From: Rubripirellula sp.
GTDB taxonomy: Bacteria; Planctomycetota; Planctomycetia; Pirellulales; Pirellulaceae
Length of the DNA: 64,000 nucleotides
Reading direction: 5' to 3'
NCBI GenBank assembly: GCA_965216875.1
Contig: OZ244207.1
Location: forward strand, 7,200,001 to 7,264,000
The notes beneath the pieces are model-generated. The model was not told the DNA's origin. It saw only the letters and a program-made list of their open reading frames with translations, and ran no database searches. The stretch's first letter is position 1, and the number at the start of each line of letters is the position of its first letter. This document shows, one piece after another, positions 47,725-56,846 of this stretch. The position numbers and the translations under genes were made by a program.

Positions 47725-48785
47725 TGAAGTTTGATTCGTCCCACTTCGGCTCACAAGGGTTTGGCGATGAAGATCGTCGTGCCAAGGGATCGCGGTATAG
47801 CGACGTCAAGAAAGCACTTCATCACAATGCCTACTATCTTGAATGGAACGGTCCAGACGAGCCGGGTTTGCCGACGTATGGCGTGACGTTGGGGCGAGTG
47901 CTCAAGGGAATCCTACCCTACGGTCTACCATGGTGCTTTCGAGATGCTGCCGCTCGAACACTCGATTCGAATGCGGACATGCGTTGGGGGCCAGACAACC
48001 GTGGCTTCCGACGTTTGGTGCATCCGAATGGAGTTTGCTTGTTCGGCAAATGGAAGATCGATCAACCGACGCCTTACACGGGTTACTTTGAAGAGGGCAA
48101 AGAGGCGTTGATCATCGGCCGCTACTCGACCTGTTGTTCCGAAACTCGTCGTGGCAACAACCGATCGCTATCGTTGGTTGGAAAGCTTTATCCAACGGTT
48201 GATGAAAACCACACCGAGCTGCTTGAGACAGCAAACTTCATTACCCAAGAAGACCTTGGCGGGATGCGGACCGACTTCATCAACGATGCAAAACTTCGAA
48301 ACGCTCCCGACACAACTCCTTGGCGGCGCGGCTGGGGGGCACCAATTCTCTTGTTGACCGGGGTCGCGTTTCTGATGGTTGATCGCGAACCAACCGTCCG
48401 TCAACTCTATCCCGTCGCCGAACTTGGCAAGCCACGCGGTGAAGCGACGTATTGCCCGCGGTTCATGCAATTGACGGTTGGGTCGTCAATGCCGCGGATT
48501 GATGGCGATGGGTTGGATTTCCGAAATGAAATCATGGAACACATTTACGGAGACCGGGGAACAGGCAAGCTGACCTTTGACATTGAGGTCACCGACCACG
48601 GAACCACACATGGGTTGGTGATTCAAAGGCGTCGGTTTCCTAGAGGATGGCGTCGTATTGGGTCGATTGAGTTTACCGAGGCCGTCGTTTCATACAACAG
48701 CGACTTCGTGATCCACTTTCAGCACCCTCCCTGGCGCCGCGACCGCAACGACGCTGGCAGCGTGATTCGGAAACCGGACCGCTGA
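47724..48785 (+). CDS. Catalase-superfamily (catalase-like fold) protein
   Basis: RRLVHPNGVCLFGKW (distal-His strand), YTGYF, IIGRYS, SLVGKLY, TANFIT, WRRIGSIEF. TGATG coupling to the upstream gene. Confidence 0.6.
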   Translation: MKFDSSHFGSQGFGDEDRRAKGSRYSDVKKALHHNAYYLEWNGPDEPGLPTYGVTLGRVLKGILPYGLPWCFRDAAARTLDSNADMRWGPDNRGFRRLVHPNGVCLFGKWKIDQPTPYTGYFEEGKEALIIGRYSTCCSETRRGNNRSLSLVGKLYPTVDENHTELLETANFITQEDLGGMRTDFINDAKLRNAPDTTPWRRGWGAPILLLTGVAFLMVDREPTVRQLYPVAELGKPRGEATYCPRFMQLTVGSSMPRIDGDGLDFRNEIMEHIYGDRGTGKLTFDIEVTDHGTTHGLVIQRRRFPRGWRRIGSIEFTEAVVSYNSDFVIHFQHPPWRRDRNDAGSVIRKPDR

Positions 48786-48808
48786 ACAGCGTCATCGATT
48801 CTTCAGGG

Positions 48809-49333
48809 TCAACGATTCTTCGAAGCGCGATAGGAACGTCGCGTTTCGGGTTGCAGTCGTGATGATGGATCGCTGTCAGACATGCCGCCAAGACGCCATG
48901 CCTGCGATTCGCCCGACTTGAGATAGGCTTCGCGGAAGGCATCGAACGTGGTTTCGTGCAACACCTTGTCCATCGCTTCGTTGACCTCGACCAACTTGTC
49001 GTGAAGCGGGCACTTGTCGCCGACGCCACAGATCCCACCACCAAACGGGCAGCTTTCATCTTGGTCTTCGCGCTCGAAGAGTCGGTAGACGTCGTAGAGT
49101 TTGACCTCGATGGGATCCTTGGCGAACGAAAACCCGCCGCCCGGCCCACGTGATCCAACGACGATGCCCACCTGCGAAAGCGTTGAAAGAACTTTGGCCA
49201 CATAGGGACGCTGCAGCCCACGCGACTCGGCGATCTCTGATGCAGAGAGACGGGTATCCCCACCGTCGTACACTTCCGCGAGCCGGCTTAGCGCCGCAAT
49301 GGCTGTCTGGGTTGCACTACCGTAAGGATTCAT
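48809..49333 (-). CDS. Rrf2 family transcriptional regulator (three-Cys, Fe-S type)
   Basis: SASEIAE..YVAKVLSTL..GSRGPGGGF winged HTH; CPFGGGICGVGDKCPLH. Confidence 0.92.
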   Translation of the reverse strand: MNPYGSATQTAIAALSRLAEVYDGGDTRLSASEIAESRGLQRPYVAKVLSTLSQVGIVVGSRGPGGGFSFAKDPIEVKLYDVYRLFEREDQDESCPFGGGICGVGDKCPLHDKLVEVNEAMDKVLHETTFDAFREAYLKSGESQAWRLGGMSDSDPSSRLQPETRRSYRASKNR

Positions 49334-49360
49334 TCAAAGGCAAATTGGGTGTGAGAATGG

Positions 49361-50632
49361 TCAAGATTGAGTGGCTGGTTCCGAGTCGCGGGACATCTGG
49401 CCCGAAAAGACCGAGACAACCAGTTTCAAGATCACGGTCAGGATCAACAGCCCCATCGCCCAAATACCCGCGGTCACTTTCCATTCAACCAAGCTGGGCG
49501 AGTATTCGACGATCTCGTGCAAGGTCGATGGAATGAAGCCTGGAATAATGAGACCCATTCCCTTTTCAATCCAGATGCCGACGATGCAAAGTAGGCACGC
49601 GATGATACGCAGCGACCCTCGTTCGAGCGCGGCCGGCATAAAGAACAGCAACGCCCCAAGCAGGTTGCAGGCAATCGATGTCCAAATCCAGGGAACCAGT
49701 CCGTTGTGCCCGTGGCTGCCAAAGTAAAGGTATTCGCCCGCGCCTTTGTGTGCGCCGCCGGTGTAAAAGATCGTGAAGACCTCGCTGCCCAGCATGATCA
49801 GGTTGGCAACCATCGCGACACGGATGATCTGAATCAACGTGTTGGCGGGTCCCGGATGTCCGTCATAACGCGTCGTCATCCGAATCACTCGCATGACAAG
49901 GATGATGAAGGCCGGCCCGCTGACAAAGGCGGATGCGAGAAACCGCGGTGCAAGCAGAGCTGTGTTCCAGAAGGGACGACCACCGAGACCACAGTAAAGG
50001 AAGGCCGTGACGGTATGGATGCTGATTGCCCAAATGATCGATAGGAACACAAAGGGAACGTACCAAGTTGGGTTCGGCTTTTTGCCCAAATACCGCATGT
50101 AAAGTAGGTAGCCGACGATGTGCAGGTTCAACAGCAGGTAGCCGTTAAGCACAATCACGTCCCAGGTCAGCATCGACATGGGCCAATTGAATCGCCCAAT
50201 CCCCGGGATCAAATGCCAAAAGCGATCTGGGCGACCAAGGTCGACCAAGACAAACGACGTGCACATGATGATCGCAGCGATCGCAACCGCTTCGCCAATG
50301 ATCACCACCTTGTGCATTTCCTCATCGTCGTACAGGTAGGCGGGGATCACCATCATCACGCCGCCAGCGGCAAGCCCGACACAGAAGGTGAAGTTGGCGA
50401 TGTAGAGCCCCCAACTCACGTGATCGGTCATGTTGGTGACGATCATCCCGTCAGCAACCTGATTGGCCCACGCGTTGGCGCCGACCAGGGCGACGGCGGT
50501 TAACGCCACCATCCAAGCGTAAAAGGCAAGTGATCCGTCGGTCGCGACCGAAAGGGATCGACGCAGGAACTGGGGGTAACTGGATATCGCAGTTCCCTTT
50601 CCAGCGGCTTGATTAGCTGTCGTGTCACTCAT
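49361..50632 (-). CDS. NrfD/PsrC/DsrP family integral membrane subunit
   Basis: VSWGLYIANFTF, DLGRPDRFWH, SIHTVTAFLY, LAPRFLASAF; about 10 TMs. Confidence 0.9.
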   Translation of the reverse strand: MSDTTANQAAGKGTAISSYPQFLRRSLSVATDGSLAFYAWMVALTAVALVGANAWANQVADGMIVTNMTDHVSWGLYIANFTFCVGLAAGGVMMVIPAYLYDDEEMHKVVIIGEAVAIAAIIMCTSFVLVDLGRPDRFWHLIPGIGRFNWPMSMLTWDVIVLNGYLLLNLHIVGYLLYMRYLGKKPNPTWYVPFVFLSIIWAISIHTVTAFLYCGLGGRPFWNTALLAPRFLASAFVSGPAFIILVMRVIRMTTRYDGHPGPANTLIQIIRVAMVANLIMLGSEVFTIFYTGGAHKGAGEYLYFGSHGHNGLVPWIWTSIACNLLGALLFFMPAALERGSLRIIACLLCIVGIWIEKGMGLIIPGFIPSTLHEIVEYSPSLVEWKVTAGIWAMGLLILTVILKLVVSVFSGQMSRDSEPATQS

Positions 50633-50704
50633 GATTGATTGCGTTGGTAAATCGTCGTGCCTCGACAAGGATTCGTTTCGGCCTGACTATTTTTCATGGA
50701 GCAG

Positions 50705-51646
50705 CTATTTGTCAAAGAAGTAGAAGAACGCAGGCTGCGTTCCCACTTCCTCTTTCAAGACATACACACGCTTGTTTTCTAACAACCAGCGAATCTCTGA
50801 ATCAGGATCAAGGATGTTGCCAAACACGCGAGCACCCGTCGGGCAGGCTTCCAGGCAGGCTGGCAGACGGCCACGACGCGTGCGATGCAAACAGTAGGTG
50901 CATTTTTCGACGGCGCCTTGCGGTCGAATCCGATTGCTCAAATAGCTTTGATCCGGATTGACTTCCTCGGCAGGGACTTCAGGCTTTTTCCAGTTGAAGC
51001 GACGAGCGTGATAGGGACACGCCGCTTCACAGTAGCGACAACCGATGCACCAGTTGTAGTCGACCACAACGATGCCATCTTCCTCTTTCCAAGTTGCTTG
51101 CACCGGGCAAACATCAACGCAAGGTGGGTTGTCGCATTGTTGGCACTGGACCGGCAAATAGAACTTGTCTTCGGCGGGAACCGTATGATCGTAGGTCGTA
51201 TTCCCATGCTCCATGTCCATGGTCCCTTTGGGCATCTCCAGGACACGGATATAGGATTGGTTGGTCGCGCGGTCGTGGTTGTTTTCTTTGTGGCACGCTT
51301 CGACACATTTGCCGTTGCCGTTGCAAACGCTCAAATTGATCGCGTAGACGAACTTGGTTCCAGGGATGGGGCGATCGTCCGAGATCGTGACATCGGCCCC
51401 GTACTGCTCTTTCGTCTCTGCCTCGAGTCGAGCGATGACGGCTTTCTTGTCGTCATCACTGAGTTCCTGGTAATGCTGCTGCATGAACGCAGCCGCCGAG
51501 GTTTCTTTGGCCGCTTTGCGTAGTGGCGAGATGGCGCCGACGAAGGCCGCAGCGCCCAAGGTTGCGAAACCACCCTTGACCGCCGTGCGTCGTGTAACAA
51601 CGGGAAGCGAAGTGTCCGATGGCGATGGGCTCGACTCACTCATCAT
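50705..51646 (-). CDS. NrfC/DsrO-like 4Fe-4S dicluster protein
   Basis: Tat-like TRRTAVK; C.GNG.C...C, CQQCDNPPCVDVCP, CIGCRYCEAACPY, KCTYC..PAC..ACP. Confidence 0.9.
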   Translation of the reverse strand: MMSESSPSPSDTSLPVVTRRTAVKGGFATLGAAAFVGAISPLRKAAKETSAAAFMQQHYQELSDDDKKAVIARLEAETKEQYGADVTISDDRPIPGTKFVYAINLSVCNGNGKCVEACHKENNHDRATNQSYIRVLEMPKGTMDMEHGNTTYDHTVPAEDKFYLPVQCQQCDNPPCVDVCPVQATWKEEDGIVVVDYNWCIGCRYCEAACPYHARRFNWKKPEVPAEEVNPDQSYLSNRIRPQGAVEKCTYCLHRTRRGRLPACLEACPTGARVFGNILDPDSEIRWLLENKRVYVLKEEVGTQPAFFYFFDK

Positions 51647-52368
51647 TCCACCTCCTCGGTTGCGATCGCTTGATGGTCATCATGTGCTGGGCCGTGACTT
51701 GGCTCGAGGAACCGATCCTTTGGTTTAAACGTCGGTTGCATCGATGGAAACTGGGGTTGGTGAGGGTCATGGCAATCAACGCAGTTGTTGCGTGTTCGCG
51801 GACCACGGGTGAGATCCCAAAATCCATTCATGCCACCGTGACCACCATGTGCAAAATCACGAGCCTGTGGCCCATGGCACTGCGAACAAAGTGTCATCAC
51901 GTTCTCGTACTCGACACTGGTCCCGTCGGCCAAGTGAAGCGTGTCCATGTTTTCGGTGTTGTGGCAGGCATAGCATGTGATTTTGCCGTGATCGAATGGC
52001 ATGCCCTGATGAAACTCGTTCAGGTCCGCGGTGACTTTGTTGTCGCGATTGGGTGGACGAACGGTGTGACAAGTTGAACAGGCAATGCTTCCCGTTCGAC
52101 CCTGTGGATCGGCGTCGGTCAATTCGACGCGCGGCGGACCACTCGGCTTGCGGATCGTCGTTTCAAACGGCTGCGACGAATTGTCTTGAGAAGTTGCAGC
52201 GACTTGGTCGGCAGACGTTGAGATCAAGCGTCGAAGATGCTCGCCCTGTTCGGCGTCGTTTGCCTGGCTCGGATCGCTGGATGTCATCGCAACCGTCAGC
52301 AAACCAAGAGCAACCGAACCAACAACCCAAGGCAGGGCATGCATTTTCGCGATGCGAAGTCGGCTCAT
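51643..52368 (-). CDS. Tetraheme c-type cytochrome
   Basis: N-terminal signal/TM; CSTCH, CYACH, CSQCH, CVDCH. 4-nt overlap with the downstream gene. Confidence 0.88.
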   Translation of the reverse strand: MSRLRIAKMHALPWVVGSVALGLLTVAMTSSDPSQANDAEQGEHLRRLISTSADQVAATSQDNSSQPFETTIRKPSGPPRVELTDADPQGRTGSIACSTCHTVRPPNRDNKVTADLNEFHQGMPFDHGKITCYACHNTENMDTLHLADGTSVEYENVMTLCSQCHGPQARDFAHGGHGGMNGFWDLTRGPRTRNNCVDCHDPHQPQFPSMQPTFKPKDRFLEPSHGPAHDDHQAIATEEVE

Positions 52369-52490
52369 GCGAGAAGGCTCCCGTGAAGAGTTTTCGGCGT
52401 CAACGGGAGCGTTATGAAACGGCGGGCGTTTCGATTGTGTCGCTCTCGCGAAGCCTTGACGGGGAAGACCTTATCATTTCCTGATGCCAA

Positions 52491-52549
52491 TTCAAGAGTT
52501 ATTGGTCTTTTGTTCTTGATAAATTCGGACTAAACGATACGTTATCGTT
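52491..52549. promoter_or_regulatory. Candidate operator palindromes in the AT-rich divergent promoter
   Basis: Perfect 7-3-7 inverted repeat AACGATA-cgt-TATCGTT (52533-52549) and TCAAGA..TCTTGA (52492-52519). Confidence 0.4.
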
Positions 52550-52574
52550 CGATCCATCCTGGGAAAGGACCGTC

Positions 52575-52892
52575 ATGCCCGTCAGCGGACTCGTCGTATC
52601 TTTGGTCCCCGACCCATCGCAGCGCCGTGATGCGCTCGCGAAGATCGCTGCCCACGCGCGCATCGAAGTCGGCCAAGATGATGGACATTGCGTGGCGATC
52701 GTGACCGACACGCCTTCTGCCCAAGCCGACAAAGCGCTCTGGGACTGGATCTATCAAATCCCAGGTGTGATTCATCTCGAAGTTGCCTTTGTCGGTTTTG
52801 ACGAAGACGTTGATGAATCGACTCAATCGCAAACCAACCAACCATCGTGTCAACAAGGCATCTCGGACCAAGAGATGTCGATAGATAATTGA
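52575..52892 (+). CDS. napD: NapD chaperone
   Basis: MPVSGLVV..IPGVIHLEVAF ferredoxin-like pattern; immediately upstream of napA. Confidence 0.8.
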   Translation: MPVSGLVVSLVPDPSQRRDALAKIAAHARIEVGQDDGHCVAIVTDTPSAQADKALWDWIYQIPGVIHLEVAFVGFDEDVDESTQSQTNQPSCQQGISDQEMSIDN

Positions 52893-52908
52893 GCATAGGG
52901 TTTCAAAC

Positions 52909-55338
52909 ATGAATGCTGATCGTCGTTCGTTTTTGAAGGGAGCCGCGATGACTGCAGCGTCGGCTGCTGTGATCGCGAAACAAAAGACAGCTTCCGCTTT
53001 GCCAGTGATCCAGCCCGATACCGGACTAGGCGATGAAACCGATCTGACATGGAACAAGGCGCCTTGCCGCTTCTGTGGAACAGGTTGTCATGTTCAAGTT
53101 GGTGTACGCGACGGCCGCGTCGTCGCAATCGCTGGCGACAAGCATGCCGACGTCAACAAAGGGCTACTGTGCGTCAAGGGTTATCACGTTGGCGGAATCC
53201 TGTACGGCAAAGATCGCTTGACCAAGCCTTTGTTGCGCAAAGGAGATGGGTTCGAAGAGATCGGCTGGGATGAAGCCATCGACATCGTGGCTAAACGGAT
53301 TCATGCCGCCCCCGAGAAGTTCGCGATCTACGGATCGGGCCAATGGACGATTCCAGAAGGCTTTGCCGCTCAAAAATTCATGAAGGGCGGCTTAGGAAAC
53401 AACCACATTGACCCCAATGCGCGACTGTGCATGGCGTCTGCTGTGACCGGTTTCCTGGCGACCTACGGCGTTGACGAGCCAGCCGGTTGTTACGATGACC
53501 TGGATGAATGCGATGTGTTGATCACTTGGGGGAACAACCCTGCTGAAATGCACCCCGTGCTCTTTTCCCGCGTGATCGACCGACGCTCGCGTGGCGAAAA
53601 CGTGCGATTGATTGACATTGGAACGCGGCGCACGCGCACAACCGAGGCGGCCGACGATTTCCTGATGATGAAACCTCACGGTGACGTCGCGATCGCGCTG
53701 GGGATCATGCATTTGCTGATTGCCGACGGTACGTACGACAAGGATTTTGTTGAAGCTAACTGTGCCTTCCGCGCATTGCAGAGCGAAAACCCAACGCTGC
53801 AAGGCGAAGCGATCACCTTTGACGAATACAAAAAGCGAATCGCAAAATACACGCCCGAACATGTCGAAGAGCTGTCCGGGATTCCAGCTGACAAAATCCG
53901 AATGCTCGGCAAGTTGTTTGGCGATCGAAACGTTCGCATCACCAGTTTGTGGTGCATGGGGATGAATCAACACACGATGGGCACGGCGGTCAACTCGCTC
54001 GTCCATGGTGTGCATTTCTTGAGTGGGCACTTTGGCAAACCAGGCGATTCCCCAACCAGTTTGACGGGGCAACCGTCGGCATGTGGCACGGTTCGCGAAG
54101 TGGGGACGCTCGCACATGCCCTTCCCGGTGGCCGGCTCGTTGCGAAAGAAGAGCACCGCCAACATTGCGAAGACTTTTGGAACGTTCCACGCGGTCGCAT
54201 CAACCCGAAGCCGGGTTATCACACCGTGAAGATGTTCGACCAGTTCACCAAGTCGGCCGAGGATGGGGGCGACATCGACACCATGTTTGTCCAGGTGACC
54301 AACCCCGGCCAGACGCTGCCGAACTTGAACAAGCTCTTTAACGACAAAGCGAATCTTAAAGACAAATTCCTGATCGTTGCCGATGTCTACCCAACCGCGA
54401 CAACGGAACTGGCCGATTTGATTTTGCCTGCCGCGATGTGGGTCGAAAAGAATGGCATTTACGGCAACTCCGAACGTCGCACCCAACAGTGGTTCAAAAT
54501 GGTGGATCCGCCGGGCGAGGCTCGTGACGACTGCTGGATCACCATTGCGATCGCCCATCGATTGATGGAACTTGGCCACGAGGGCATGAAGGACAAAGAT
54601 GGCAAGTTTCTGTTCCACGTCGAAGACGACGAAGGCAACGAAGTGCCGATTTGGGAGTGGGAACACTACTACGACGTCAATGTCGACAAGGCGATCTTTG
54701 AAGAGTATCGCCAGTTCGGCCTCATGAAGCACAAGAACCTGGCACCGTACGACGAGTACGTCAAAGCACGCGGACTGCGATGGCCGGTCGTCGAGCAAGA
54801 AGATGGTTCGTGGCGCGAAACGAAGTTCCGTTTTGCAGCGTTTGATGATCCCTTTGTTGCCGAAGGTCGCGACATCGAGTTCTACCACTCGACTTCGGGC
54901 GACGGACGCGGACAGGTCTGGTTCCACGAATACGAACCTCCCGCCGAACAGCCTGACGGCGAATTCCCCTTCTGGTTGTGTACCGGCCGTGTGCTCGAAC
55001 ACTGGCACACAGGGACGATGACTCGGCGTATCGGTCAATTGAATCGATCGATGCCAACCGCTTACGTCGAAGTCCACCCCGAAGATGCCGAGCAGCTCAA
55101 TCTTCGGCAAGGCGAAATGGTGATCGTCGAATCGAGGCGAGGGACTGTAAAGCTTCCGGTTTGGATCGATGGCCGTGGCCAACCGCCAAAGGGAACGATC
55201 TTTGTGCCGTTCTTTGACGAGGTGAAGCTGATCAACAACGTGACGATCGACGCGATTGATCCCTTCTCAAAACAGCCTGATTACAAAAAGTGTGCGGCGA
55301 GGATTCGTCGAATTGGCAGTGAGGTGGCGGCCGGATGA
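52909..55338 (+). CDS. napA: Periplasmic nitrate reductase catalytic subunit
   Basis: DRRSFLK Tat signal; KAPCRFCGTGC..GLLCVKG, GSGQWT, NARLCMASA, SLTGQPSACGT, TGRVLEHWH, QPDYKKCA. Confidence 0.96.
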   Translation: MNADRRSFLKGAAMTAASAAVIAKQKTASALPVIQPDTGLGDETDLTWNKAPCRFCGTGCHVQVGVRDGRVVAIAGDKHADVNKGLLCVKGYHVGGILYGKDRLTKPLLRKGDGFEEIGWDEAIDIVAKRIHAAPEKFAIYGSGQWTIPEGFAAQKFMKGGLGNNHIDPNARLCMASAVTGFLATYGVDEPAGCYDDLDECDVLITWGNNPAEMHPVLFSRVIDRRSRGENVRLIDIGTRRTRTTEAADDFLMMKPHGDVAIALGIMHLLIADGTYDKDFVEANCAFRALQSENPTLQGEAITFDEYKKRIAKYTPEHVEELSGIPADKIRMLGKLFGDRNVRITSLWCMGMNQHTMGTAVNSLVHGVHFLSGHFGKPGDSPTSLTGQPSACGTVREVGTLAHALPGGRLVAKEEHRQHCEDFWNVPRGRINPKPGYHTVKMFDQFTKSAEDGGDIDTMFVQVTNPGQTLPNLNKLFNDKANLKDKFLIVADVYPTATTELADLILPAAMWVEKNGIYGNSERRTQQWFKMVDPPGEARDDCWITIAIAHRLMELGHEGMKDKDGKFLFHVEDDEGNEVPIWEWEHYYDVNVDKAIFEEYRQFGLMKHKNLAPYDEYVKARGLRWPVVEQEDGSWRETKFRFAAFDDPFVAEGRDIEFYHSTSGDGRGQVWFHEYEPPAEQPDGEFPFWLCTGRVLEHWHTGTMTRRIGQLNRSMPTAYVEVHPEDAEQLNLRQGEMVIVESRRGTVKLPVWIDGRGQPPKGTIFVPFFDEVKLINNVTIDAIDPFSKQPDYKKCAARIRRIGSEVAAG

Positions 55339-56186
55339 GCGATCAAACAAGTCAATCCACGGGAAAGGGTTCGGCGGGACGAGCGACAACGTTGTTCCTT
55401 GTCGGCGTGATCGGCGTTGCCGTCGTCGGCTACTGCGTGGGGATCACTGACGGGGTTCCCGAAGCTGGGCTCGAAACAGCAAGCCAAAACGACACACTCA
55501 AGCCGGACGCGCAAGTCGAAGGGGGCGCGGGACAAGTCATTCCCGCAACCACGTACGCGATGATGCGCCGAACAGATGATCGGATTGCTGCTGGCAAACC
55601 AACATCAATCAAGACGATTCCCCAGCCCGAATATGATCTGTTCGCCGAGATCAAGCCGAGCGAAGCGGACAAAGCTCGTTCGACCGAGACGCGGGCGTCG
55701 CGGCGGCATTTCAACGGCGCTCCTCCCATCATCCCGCATGCGGTGGAAAAGACGAGCGATGCTGCATGCTATGCCTGTCACGGGAACGGCTTGAAAATTG
55801 GTGACCGAGTGGCCGGGAAGATGTCACATGGTTTCCTCGCCAATTGTTTGCAATGCCACGCACCGCCGACACCGCAGATCTTTGCCTCCTTTGATTTGGA
55901 AGTGCAAACCGACTTTGTCGGGTTGGCTGCACCCATGAAAGGTGATCGTGCCTTCCCTGGCGCACCGCCGACCATTCCCCACTCAACGTGGATGCGGCAA
56001 GATTGTTTGTCTTGTCACGGTGGGACAACGGTCTGGTCAGGTTTTCAGTCGACGCATCCTTGGCGCGTCGCTTGCAAACAGTGTCACGCTCCGTCGGCAT
56101 CACTGAATCAATCACCGATGCTCGAAGTCGGTTTCGTCCCTGGACCTTCGGTTGCAACCTCACCATCCCAGGACACCAGTGAATGA
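55335..56186 (+). CDS. napB: NapB-like cytochrome c subunit with a tandemly duplicated domain (4 hemes)
   Basis: Two units: GAPPIIPH..CYACH..CLQCHAP and GAPPTIPH..CLSCH..CKQCHAP. ATGA overlap with napA. Confidence 0.85.
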   Translation: MSDQTSQSTGKGSAGRATTLFLVGVIGVAVVGYCVGITDGVPEAGLETASQNDTLKPDAQVEGGAGQVIPATTYAMMRRTDDRIAAGKPTSIKTIPQPEYDLFAEIKPSEADKARSTETRASRRHFNGAPPIIPHAVEKTSDAACYACHGNGLKIGDRVAGKMSHGFLANCLQCHAPPTPQIFASFDLEVQTDFVGLAAPMKGDRAFPGAPPTIPHSTWMRQDCLSCHGGTTVWSGFQSTHPWRVACKQCHAPSASLNQSPMLEVGFVPGPSVATSPSQDTSE

Positions 56187-56827
56187 ACCGGCGCGGCATC
56201 TCCCGACGCGATTTTGTCAAAGGTCGTTTTTGGCGTTGGTCTGCCGAGAACGAAAAACTTCGCAAAGAGGGGATGCGTTATCCGGTTAAATCGACCGACG
56301 TCGGCATCAAAGAGATGCCAGCCGTTGGGCCGCCTCCGGTCAATCGCGCTGCATTGATTCCCGTGCTTCGACCACCCGGCGCGGTCGAAGAATCCGCATT
56401 CCTCGATGGCTGCACGCGGTGCAACGAATGCGCCAGTGCCTGTCCACACGATGCCATTCGTCCGGCGCCCGAGCGTATGCGTGCAGCTGCCGGGACGCCG
56501 ATGCTTGTTCCCGAGGTATCGCCATGCCTGATGTGCGAAGATTATCCGTGCATTGCAGCTTGTGAGCCGAAAGTGCTTCGCGCGGACCTTCCCAAAATGA
56601 TGGGGACCGCGGTGATTACCGCGCACCTGTGTGTTGCCCATCACGGAACACAGTGCGACACTTGCCAAAACGAGTGTCCCGTCGACGGGGCAATCGAACT
56701 CAAAGACGGCAAGCCGGTTGTCAACGAGAACCAGTGCACGGGGTGTGGGGTCTGTCGTTATGTTTGCCCTGCGCCCGAAAATGCAATCCTACTGATGCCC
56801 ACCTTTGTACGGCCAATGCCGAGCTAA
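56183..56827 (+). CDS. NapG/NapF/MauM-type polyferredoxin
   Basis: SRRDF, LRPPGAVEE..F..CTRCNECASACP, C.MCEDYPC...C, CDTCQNECP, CTGCGVCRYVCP. Confidence 0.85.
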   Translation: MNRRGISRRDFVKGRFWRWSAENEKLRKEGMRYPVKSTDVGIKEMPAVGPPPVNRAALIPVLRPPGAVEESAFLDGCTRCNECASACPHDAIRPAPERMRAAAGTPMLVPEVSPCLMCEDYPCIAACEPKVLRADLPKMMGTAVITAHLCVAHHGTQCDTCQNECPVDGAIELKDGKPVVNENQCTGCGVCRYVCPAPENAILLMPTFVRPMPS

Positions 56828-56846
56828 ACTTGCGCGATCTTCATTG

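Noticed and set aside
52481..52520. FNR box upstream of napD
   Set aside because: Only half-sites (ctgat, ttgat) without a correctly spaced ATCAA.
53392..55182. 596-aa antisense ORF over napA
   Set aside because: Shadow frame of a conserved gene in GC-rich DNA, with no recognisable motifs.
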